Below, piece by piece: positions 36,401 through 46,653 of a DNA stretch of 64,000 nucleotides. The notes beneath the pieces were generated by a model, which saw only the letters and a program-made list of their open reading frames with translations, had not been told where the DNA came from and made no database searches. A program made the translations under genes and the position numbers. Origin of the DNA: Ostrea edulis (taxonomy: Eukaryota); contig NC_079167.1 of NCBI RefSeq assembly GCF_947568905.1, positions 56,482,001 to 56,546,000 on the forward strand, written 5' to 3'. The first letter of the stretch is position 1; each line of letters begins with the position of its first letter.

Positions 36401-37045
36401 TGTTTACAATTGCACAAATGCAGAATATGCATTTTAAGCAAAGTTTTATAAACGCAAAACAATTTCATGTATTTACATATCGTGTCATATGTGGACGACA
36501 ATAAAAGGACGATAATTTATCAATTGATCAACCCCATTTTTTTCCAAATCAATGAACTAAAATGACCAAACTCTTTATAATGCCACCCTCGATTTAACGC
36601 CAAAATAGGTTGGTACAAAAGCTGGCGATAAAACGAGGTAACCCTGTACATGTTCAGTTGTATGATTCATTTCTAAATATGGTGACAGTATGACGTTCCA
36701 CAGTAAGTTTGAAAAATATGAGTGCAATCATAAAACTTGAACAAGATTCTTATTTTAAAATTTATTGGAAACGATACATGTACATGTTTATTCTTTGAAG
36801 GCGCTGATGAAGGGATGTGGTACATGGACCTGAAATCTGGATCAGGTAAAATAGGACAAGGGGAGCCACCAAATGGAGCTGACTGCACCATGACGTTAGA
36901 CAGCGAAGACTTTGTAAAGATGTTCAAAGGAGAATTGAAAGCCGTAAGCGCCTTCATGTCTGGGAAATTAAAAATCCAAGGTGACATGGGACTGGCCATG
37001 AAGTTAGAGAAATTAATGAACAAGATGGACATCTCAAAATTATAA
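27423..37045 (+). CDS. HSDL2: Hydroxysteroid dehydrogenase-like protein 2 (SDR domain plus C-terminal SCP2 domain), 418 aa, PTS1 SKL
   Basis: Coding exons 27423-27439, 31413-31576, 32530-32743, 33086-33189, 33442-33543, 34046-34246, 35450-35659 and 36801-37045; phases are consistent and total 1257 nt. Motifs: TGASRGIG, LVNNAS, NISPPL, YTMAK, NALWPRT, FMSGKLKIQGDMGLAMKL; ends ISKL*. Confidence 0.95.
28070..28185 (-). repeat. Fragment of an interspersed retroposon-like repeat, with a second copy at about 51350-51450 (+)
   Basis: The reverse complement GGGTGTGACTGGTCCACAGGAAACGCTTACTGCTCCTAGGCTCC aligns with GGTGTGACGGGTCAACAGAGGATGCTTACTCTTTAGGCACC at about 51366. Confidence 0.5.
34336..35197. 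mobile_element. Degraded Kolobok-type MITE (family D) in HSDL2 intron 6
   Basis: TTAA|GGTAGGCAGGTCAGTG ... CAGTGACCTGCCTATCC; the right TSD is decayed (TCGA). Confidence 0.4.
35754..36646. mobile_element. Tc1/pogo-type MITE (TA TSD) in HSDL2 intron 7
   Basis: TA|tAGTGTTACCTCGGTATATATCGCC ... GGCGATAAAACGAGGTAACCCTG|TA. Confidence 0.6.
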
Positions 37046-37329
37046 GGCATTTGAAATCACACAAGTGCATAGTTAATATGTTCTGTTCCGAATGTGATAA
37101 GAATGGTGCATATTATTGAATGTTCATTCACACGTATTGTTGAGACATGATCATTAAAATTCTGTGATAACTCAGGAGATTTTCAATTCAAAGTAATGTG
37201 ATGAAGGCTGGTGTTGCATTCAATAAAACAGCTAAAGAATCAAAATAATTAGATTGCCTTGTGTTTTAATGTTGCTTGCCATTCAATGGACTCGGGGACC
37301 AGTTTACCTTGCATCAGGTTCAGGTATAA

Positions 37330-38230
37330 TCATTCTTTGACTGGATGGAGTCACACTTTATCCATCTATGTGTGGGCGAGTCACAGTCTATCTGGAGATA
37401 CACTTTGTCTGGATGGAGATACACTTTCTCTGTGGTTGTCTGGAGACACATCTGTTTGTGTGGATGGAGTCACACTTTGTCCATCTGTCTGTCTGGAGTC
37501 ACTGTCTGTCTAAGTATATAGTCATATTTTGTCTGTGCGAGTGGAGACACTTTTGTCTGTCTGGAATCACTGTCTGTCTGTCTGGAGTCACTATCTGTCT
37601 GTGTGGAGTCACTGTCTGTCTGTCTGGAATCACTGTCTGTCTGTCTGGAATCACTGTCTGTGTGGAATCACTATCTGTCTGTCTGGAATCACTGTCTGTC
37701 TGTGTGGAGTCACTATCTGTCTGTCTGGAGTCACTATCTGTCTGTATGGAATCACTATCTGTCTGTATGGAATCAGTCTGTCTGTCTGGAATCACTGTCT
37801 GTCTGTGTGGAATCACTGTCTGTCTGTGTGGAATCACTGTCTGTCTGTCTGGAATCACTGTCTGTCTGTGTGGAGTCACTATCTGTCTATGTGGAGTCAC
37901 TGTCTGTCTGTATGGAATCAGTCTGTCTGTCTGGAATCACTGTCGTATGGAATCAGTCTGTCTGTCTGGAATCACTGTCTGTCTGTATGGAATCCCTATC
38001 TGTCTGTATGGAATCACTGTCTGTCTGTATGGAGTCACTATCTGTCTGTATTGAGTCACTATCTGTCTGTATGGAGTCGCTGTCTGTATGGATGAAGTCA
38101 CTGTCTGTATGTCTGGAGTCACGGTCTGTCTGGAGTCACTGTCTGTATGGAATCACTGTCTGTATGGATGAAGTCACTGTCTGTCTGTCTGGAGTCGCTG
38201 TCTGTCGTCGTTGTCTGTCTGAAGTTGCAC
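37330..38230. repeat. Variable-length minisatellite (TGGAATCACTGTC(TGTC)n; mostly 20-24-bp units)
   Basis: Dozens of units downstream of the HSDL2 poly(A) signal (AATAAA at about 37222), more degenerate at both edges. Confidence 0.95.
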
Positions 38231-38938
38231 TGTCCATCTGGATAGAAATACTTTGTTCATATGTCTTTGTGGGTAGTATCACTCGGTAAATCTGGGTAGA
38301 ATCATTTTTGAATTAATGCAACTAGCACTGCTGCACGTGTTCCTTACAACATTCAAATTCTTACTGATGTCCAACACCATATACTTTAACTAAATGTATG
38401 ATGAATATTAATGTAGGATGACATGAATTACATTTAGAGCACCATCAAAAAACTGATGACTAATTGTAGAGAGAATGATGCGATACCCCATATTTCAGTC
38501 CTTTAAATAGAAATGCAGTGTTCGTGATTAAAACAATTGATCTACACAGTTCTTTTAATTTTATTCAACAAATAAGACAAAAAATTCTGATCATTAAAAT
38601 TTGTGGGTTATAAATCATAATGTTTTAGTTTGTTTAGTTACAGCTAAGGGGCATATGGTTAGGGCAACTGGTGTACTACTCACAAAAATTAATGTTAAAA
38701 CCTTACAATACCTAGTAGCACTCTTCCGTTTTACTGAATTCTTAAATTGCATAGGTATCCTGGATCAAATACATAAAATCTAGTAAACCCATGTAACTAA
38801 AGAGTTCAACAAAGGTGAAAAATGACATTGGGAATTGACAACAGGAAATATTTATCAATAGTTTTGTTTTGTGTATGAAATGGGTAGGGTGGATCACCAG
38901 AAGAATGGATGCAGAAAACAACAAGCAACTGACCAATG

Positions 38939-41900
38939 TTACCAGAATTTTAATCTCATTTTCCATTTGTACAGTATTGTTGTTACAAAACTCAAACTTC
39001 CCATGTAGATGATGAGTATTGCCATGCTTTTTGATGGTGAAGATTGTAGAGTTTCTACAGTCATATTGACTAGTCCAGTGAAGACATTTGCCAACAGAAA
39101 ACACAATATTCCATTATAATTCACGGCTGACAACAGGCACATGTCATCTGAAATGAAAAAAAACCATTGAACACTTGAAGTACAGTGGAACCCCGTTATT
39201 ACGTTTTTCCATTTTGTCACGATAAAATAACGTAATACCGGGGGCAACGTAATAAACGTTCCCAGTGAAATCCATTAAAAATATCATTTGGAAATTGTAT
39301 ATCGTCCGTTGTTACTCCGTGAAGGGGTGTGTGAATATATCTTTACTGTTTCTTTGTTTAAAAGACTATTATACTTTGTTTTATTTACATCTTATCTTTA
39401 ATGTCCGTAATTCTTCATGTTCTTATCCCTTTTCTTTATTTCTGGTGTAGGATACATAGGATGTTTTGATAAACGTTGTTTTTTCTGCATTCGTTTGGAT
39501 CGCCATTTTGTTCAACTTTAAAACAATGCGTTCATGTAAATTTCTATCAATAACTCGTTCCGGTTCGTATTCAACATTCGTATTAAAAAAATAACAAAAC
39601 ATCGTTTCATTAAGTTCTCTAATTACACAATACACAACACAATAAAAAAAAAAATCCCACCCCAAAACAACAAAACTATAGACACAAAACGCACACGATA
39701 CCCAACACTTACACACTTCTCACCAACGATAAACACGGAGAACAATTTAAGCGCAATCCACATAAAAAAAAATATAATGATGCACGAAGATTTCATTTAC
39801 AACGTTAAATGATGGCACTAAAATCACGTACGCATCAAGGGATTTTAGAATATTCACTGAGGTAAATGCTGTGCGAGAATCGGCCGATAACACAGGACAG
39901 TTTGATTGGTGTATGTATGGACGAGATTTACGAACACCCAAGCTGCTTGTCCAAACAACGGACAATTTTTTAATTGACCACCTTTCGTCACCTATGTCCA
40001 AGCAGTTACCCAAGCGATTTTAACAATGCTACGATAAATCTTGTTTTTCATGTTCGGTACCAAAGCTGTCCATAAATAGAGTTTTAATAGCGAAGGTAAT
40101 CACACTATGCTGAACACTCAGGTGGTTGAGAAATTATTTCTTCGATTATCAAAATATGAAAAATGAAGTAAATTTCATAGAGTACAATGTCTAAATAAAC
40201 ATTATTTAATTGTTTATCACTGGCTTCTATACAGGGTATTCACCTGTATTGATGTCGCTAGATCTATCGAAGCGTGATCAGTCAAGCGTCTCTAATCCCC
40301 AAACAGACCAGGAAATTTACGTGGTGACTGCCTCAGACAGTCAAGGTGTGAATGACTTATTATTTCGAGAATCATTATTGAATAATTAGGGGTTTATTAC
40401 GTTTTTGTCGGAATTTTTACAACGTAATACCGAGTCCCGGCATCTTAGGGCAACGTAATAACGAGGTCTATTTTATATAGGTTTGTTAAGAAATGGTTTT
40501 GTGCTTTGAAATTTCAACGTAATATGCGGACTAACGTATTAAAGGGGGAACGTAATAACGGGGTTCCACTGTAATTAATGTTTTCATGTATTTGTTTTAA
40601 CTTTGATTAGTGTATTCTGAGTATACCCTGTACATGTACTTCCAACTATTTGGTTGCCAATGAAATAAATCGATCAATCAAGAGTAAAAGCTTGGATTAA
40701 CGTCCATACACTCTTTATATACCTCATTTCAAAACTTTTTTTAAAAAATGAAATAAGATAAAAAGAAAATATGAATAAAAAGAAAACCGACTACTGGAAT
40801 GATATACAGGATCTAATGATATTTCATGTCTCCTCAGAAATTCTAACCCAATCTCGGTAAATCTCTGCAAATGTAAAGCCCCGACAACTACACTGGTTAC
40901 AAGAGCATTTAGTCATAAGAATGTGTCCCAGCTCAAAAAATATTTCAAACTTTTTGAGTGGTGGAATATTTAATTACACATTATTGCAATAAAAATCAGA
41001 ATGATTATTTCATGGCTTTTTCATATATCAAAAACAATGAAGTGAATACACAAGTTTGCTCTTTGCTCACACTACCTACAGAGGTGGTGTGAGTTCCTGC
41101 AGCTGGAACCCCTTCTCGTGATAGGTATTCGGTGTGATGGTTACTTGGCATTCAGGATCGGCAGGAGTTTGTACTCATGTGAGGAACAGTAGTCTCAAAC
41201 ACACTTAGTGTCATGATATTCAAGAGTACCAGAAACAGTATACATAATATGCCCGTCACAAGTTTTAATATATAGAATATTTAGAACTTTACTTCAGGTA
41301 GTATCGGCCATCATCAAGCTGTGACATACTTTCTTTACATTGTATGAATAAAGGGTCTTAGCTTAAAACTATGACAGGAGGTAGATAAACAAACAATATT
41401 TCCCCAAAACTGAGCAAGTTCAACAACCTGCAATTTTTTCAAACATCAAAGAAAATTATTGGTAATTAAAATCTTTAAATGCACTCTGCACATTTTCAAG
41501 TTGTTTACAGAGACCTTAGCTAAAAAACTGTGAGAGGAGGCAAATGAACAAACCATGCACCGGTACTCAGTTTGTACTCTCTTCAAAACGGACCAAGATC
41601 AACAACCCGCATTTTCTCAGAAATTGAAGAACATATAAATTCTTCCCACAGGCACATCTTCAATACCCATACAAACACTCTGTACAAATAAGAAGGACGT
41701 CACTTGAAAATTGTGGGAGGAGTTACGAGGAAAAATCATGTATGTAATATTTCCTCAAAACTTACTTCAACAACAAACGTGTCATACTCTTAAAAATTGC
41801 CGAAAATCAAAATCCTTGCCACATGCACATCTTCAATATCTGTACCAAAACTCTGTAACATAAGAAGGTCCTCGCTTGAAAACTGTGGAAGGAGTTCAGA

Positions 41901-44900
41901 CAAACCACATACCCTCCGTATAACATTAAATTTGAAATAAAGTGGTAAAACTTCTGCAAAATAGGTCAAAAGGAATGAAAATTGCGGCATTAGCTAAAGT
42001 AACCCACAAAGAAGCTACACAGCATCATCTTGATATTTGACAGAAAACCCAGAATGGATGGATGTACAAACATTGCTGTACCATAATGCATCCCATCAAA
42101 AGACGGCATATAAAAAGATATCATTAATATGCCTAATTCTGTTGTGTGTCAAAGTGAAATTGTGATTGATGTGAAATGTATTCATAATGAGTAATTGTGT
42201 GTTTAAAAATTTAGTTCTAGATTTGATATGTGTTTAGTGTCTTTATAGCAAGCAAAAAAAAAAAAAAACCAAACAAAAATGGAATATGGAATTCTTACCA
42301 TAAAGGCTCTGTTATTATCATGATTATAAAATCAACACATGTAGGCCTATACTTAATTTAAGATACCTGTATACAAATATCTTGTCAAATGAATTTTGTC
42401 AAGATTAGTCACTGGTATGTTTGGATGTGTATTTGCTAGTATGATTACACAACAATAGTACCATAAACAGTACATAATACGCCTGTGAGAAGGTTATATA
42501 AGGTGTTTTTCTGATAAGACATTTGTTTTGCGACATTGATTTGCAAACATGACAAAAATGCCAGAAGTTTTTTGTAACATATGAATACAGAAAAGTCAGC
42601 AATATATTACTGGGTTATCAACATGATATAGAGCTACATAGCAAGTTTTAGCTTGATATGTGATGGGGAAATGAAAATAGAAACAAAAAACCATGAACAG
42701 ACAGACAGACGGACATCGCTGTACCATTAATATATCCTGTCTAAATACGGGCATATAAAAATGCATGGATTAAGATTTTGACAAAGCTAGGTTTTGAGAC
42801 TTACAACAAGTTGGTCAGTTTTGGGCGAGACCCTATACATACCTCCCTCCTCCTTGTCTTTAGATAACGTGAATGATTGAAAAGAACTAAACAGTTCTGT
42901 AATTAGCAGCAAAGTTAACTCAAATACTGACAAGGCCATCTGAAAAAACAACCCAATAATTACAGCATTATCAGTGTATAATCAAAACTTTGATCATATA
43001 TTCACATTATATAATGGTACATGTAGTTGTACAATTCAGAAACAAATTCTGACATTGATCTTGACTTACGATCCAAACAACGTAGGCAAAGTTAGCGAAG
43101 CGCCTGGAAACTTCCTGGACATGAACCTCAGACCAAACCATCAGAACCCAGAGTAGAGCTTGAAGAACAAATAGAACTCCAGCAAATGGCACCCAGTCCT
43201 CTACTGTCTTCCTGAAAATGATTTCTAGGTTTTACAAGCCTTATTAAGCCTTGAAGAACTGGTATTTGCAAGAGACATAACAACTCTATCTGTCCATAGA
43301 TGTAATGAACCTTGCATCATTACTAGTAAAACGTTAACATTGTAAATCTATCTCTATTTATGGCTCATTTTGTCAACTTATTTGAAAATATCTAAATTCA
43401 TAACTAAGACTACACAAAGGATTTCAGGTAATTTTGGCTTGTTGAAAATGTTGGCTTTTTTGGTAGTTGACAAAAATTTGCAAAATATAAAAGCATGAAA
43501 ATCTCCATTCATATTCATAATCATTATTGAAGAAGTGTGAAAATTTGACAAAATATACACTGAAAAGCAAAAACATTTCAAACTCCTTTCTGGGGAAAAA
43601 TCAAAATATTTCCCATGCCAAAATTACCTGACATAATTTACTTTTGATATCTCACTGATGTTTACCAACACAAATGGGTGTTTAGTAATAGTGAAGGCAG
43701 ATACACACACTTAACTCTTTTCAGGAAATTACAAAATAAAGAAATTGAGAAAATCTGAAAAATTGTCAAAGTGTATATCCCCTCCCCTTGAAATTTCTCC
43801 AATGTGCCTTATATATATATTTATATATAATTATTAGATGGTTGACAATAAATATAACATACCCAGTATGAATATTGTATACCTCTCTTTGTTAAATATA
43901 TGTTTTCCTAGTTCCACTGCAAAAAAGTACAATGACAGGTAGCCCACACAAGACACAATCCCCTCTCTGTTGGAATCAAACCATCCATGTCTGCCACCTT
44001 GACCATCAGCTCCCAGATCCAAGTACTCAGTCAGACCAAATTTGGTGAGAAACAGTTGATAAACCACGATCAAAAGTATGCCAGGTCCTGTGAGATTTCT
44101 GTTTCCAAGAAGATTCAACAGTAGACTTGAGCCTACCTGCAAAAGAAATTATCCTCAACAATTAAATGTACTTGTGCTATTTTTGATAATAGATTAAGCA
44201 GACATTTGATGCATTTAGTAAATGATTTGCATTCCTGGTAGGCCAACCTGTAGAGATTTCACTAAGAGAGTGGAATGTAGTGGGTTTAAGAAATGACTAC
44301 ATTAGAACCAGTAAGTAGTAGAACCATGTGACTGGTCAGATCAATATGTGGTAGAAGCATACCTAGATATACATGTACCAATAATAATAGAACTATACCC
44401 AAAGCATACTATTTTTAGCCGAGTTGCGTAGCAAATCTCGGCGTTTGAATTGGCGTCCACAATTAACTTGTCCGGTCTCTAACTTTCATACTTTTTGGTG
44501 TATCTTTGTGAGACTTACATAACATGATCACATCCAAAAGAGGAAGGTTCCTATTTATTTTGAGGTCAAAAGGTCAAAGTTCAAGGTCACTTTGTCACTA
44601 AATGCCATAGATTTGAGCTTGTCCGGTCTCTAACTTTCATACTACTTCGTGCGTCTTTGTCAGACTTGCATATTTTGATCACATCCAAAAGAAGAAGGTT
44701 CCTATTTATTTTGAGGTCAAAAGGTCTAATTGTTCACTATATACTGTAGATTTGAGCTTGCCTCTAACTTTTATACATGTACTTCCTGGTGCATGTTTAT
44801 CAGACTTCAAATCCTGATGATGTTGCTTTTGAAATCCAAAGGCCAAAGGTCAAGGTCATTATCACACTAAATACCTATTGCAGCCATTCAAAGCTTCATA

Positions 44901-46580
44901 CTTATAAACTATATTAAATATGTGCATGTTTTTACTTCGTGAATGCAAGCGTGCATAATTTTCCAAACTGCAACTTGGCCATACACATCTTTGATGCGTT
45001 ATAGCGAATTTTTATCTAATAAGATGATACGATATGATCCAAGACCACGTATCTTCCTGTCCTCTACAACCTAAAAGAATATTAATTTTCATTTATGTAA
45101 CTACTGGATTACCTTAACAGCAGATAATGTAAAGAAGAAGTTCCAATGCACTCCATACTCTGTCACATGTTCTTGGTAGTTGACACCTTTTGTTGAAAGC
45201 ACACGACCCAATCCAAGGACAATGAGAGGAAAAGATGATAAAATAGAACTGCAAAAAATTAAATATGCACGCCTGAACTTCCACTATAGTTCAGAGTTTT
45301 CAATAGCCTTTGAAATCTCATTATACAGAAAATCTGATACAACTTTAAGCTGCTCAAAAAAATTCTCTATTTAACAAATATATGTACTTATTTGCACAAA
45401 ATCAAGTTTGACACTTTGCACTATCTAAAAAGGTCTTATCTACAGTATTTTATCTGCTTACTGAGAATATTTGGATGTTTTGTGAGCTGATGCATTTTAG
45501 ACAAGTCAAAAAAGTTACTTCGGTAAGTCAATAGTGTAGATATATATTTACTGTGTATACGGAAATATTCTCCCCGTTTTATTTTCATCCCTTCCATTCT
45601 CATAGTCAGCGGGTGAATTTAAGACTCAGTAAATTTTATTTTAATGAGAAAGCGCTATATCTCTCTATTTAAACGACTTTAGTGTGGGGAAATTTAAAAC
45701 AGGACAAATCTGTTTGCAAGCGTAGAAGGGCAAAAAAAAAAAAATATATAAATAAATTATAATAATAAAAAACCCAAAAAATAAAGAAAACATGGGGCAA
45801 AAGTAACCCTGTATACAGTAAACATACAAGTACAAATAAAAACCATTCTACCTTTTAAGATTTGTACTTCTTACGCTGTTTCGTGATTCTGGTGAAACAA
45901 TTCCATTTCCTACTATAAAAAGACCTACACCAGTGTCCATCAACCCTGTTCCAAAAGTTTCCGATTTGCAAAATCTTCTAGGAAAAACTTTGAAGTCTAC
46001 AGCTAGAATACATATGGATGTGCAAATTAAGGCATATGCTCTAAAATTACTGACAAAATCCAGTCTCTTGTTGAAAGTTTGTCTAAGGAAAGGAACAGTT
46101 GACTGGTAATATGTCTTGCTTTCCTTTGAAGTATTAGTAATAAATAAAAAAGCTGCCACACACAAGAGAAACACAATGACTACAATCTTGGATTCACTGA
46201 GGATTGTAACGGAGAGGAGGCCAGGGAAGACAAGAACCAGGAAGTCAATGATCATGTGGTACCTGAAAAGCAGTCAAGAACACTATCATCAAAACTTGAT
46301 AAAGTATGCCCATCTTACACAGGTAATCAACGTTATATCATGACAATATACTCATGACTTTAAAGATTTTATAACAATCAAAACAAAATACATTTCAAAT
46401 TCTTTTAGTCAACTTAATGGTTTACCATTGATTTCTGGGTTTAAAATTGCAAGCCTCGTGTAGAAGAACGCAACATACTATGCCCAAATAAATCAACGTT
46501 ATTTCTACAGCTGATGACCCTTGATGCCCACTGACAAACTGTTCTTTTAGTTCTTTATATGAAGACTGATCTGTAGACAT
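38939..46580 (-). CDS. PIGW: GPI-anchor inositol acyltransferase (PIG-W/GWT1), about 467 aa
   Basis: Coding exons 46426-46580, 45852-46262, 45113-45248, 43883-44136, 43070-43211, 42843-42939 and 38939-39147; phases are consistent and total 1404 nt. Motifs: [104 protein letters not shown]. Confidence 0.93.
39183..40571. mobile_element. Tc1/pogo-type MITE (TA TSD) in the last PIGW intron
   Basis: TA|CAGTGGAACCCCGTTATTACG ... CGTAATAACGGGGTTCCACTG|TA, a perfect 21-bp TIR. Confidence 0.9.
41220..42116 (+). mobile_element. Degraded HINE-like element
   Basis: CAAGAGTACC start, diverged internal units, GGAT microsatellite and a CCCATCAAAAGACGGCATATAAAAA end. A related end fragment lies at about 42700-42760. 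Confidence 0.55.
44412..45015 (-). mobile_element. HINE-like element with two to three GAGGTCAAAAGGTCAA core units
   Basis: TTTTTAGCCGAGTTGCGTAGCAAATCTCGGC terminal hairpin and duplicated cores (GATCACATCCAAAAG...CCTATTTATTTTGAGGTC). Confidence 0.55.
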
Positions 46581-46653
46581 GTTTGTTTTCATTTTCACGC
46601 ACGCTTGAAAATAAAGCGTTTATGAAACGCTGCTCAGTGAAAGTGAAAGTAAC
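46581..46653. promoter_or_regulatory. 73-bp spacer between the divergent start codons of PIGW and REX1BD (bidirectional promoter or overlapping 5' UTRs)
   Basis: PIGW ATG at 46580 (-) and REX1BD ATG at 46654 (+). Contains AGTGAAAGTGAAAGT, and an AAAGTGAAAGT motif also occurs upstream of TMEM69 (about 5970). Confidence 0.7.

Noticed and set aside
37368-38289. Several long ORFs (up to 228 aa; CLSGITV, VWNHCLS, MESLSVC repeats) and a superficially CRISPR-like periodicity
   Set aside because: They are translations of a stop-poor minisatellite in several frames at once. There are no unique spacers or cas genes, and the context is eukaryotic.
41046-41215. GC-richer segment in the last PIGW intron as a possible missing exon
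   Set aside because: All three minus-strand frames hit stops before the candidate donor, and it abuts a repeat.
44998-45070. Possible extra PIGW exon after a ttttag acceptor
   Set aside because: It would need a roughly 42-nt intron and introduces a stop; exons 3 and 4 join in frame without it.
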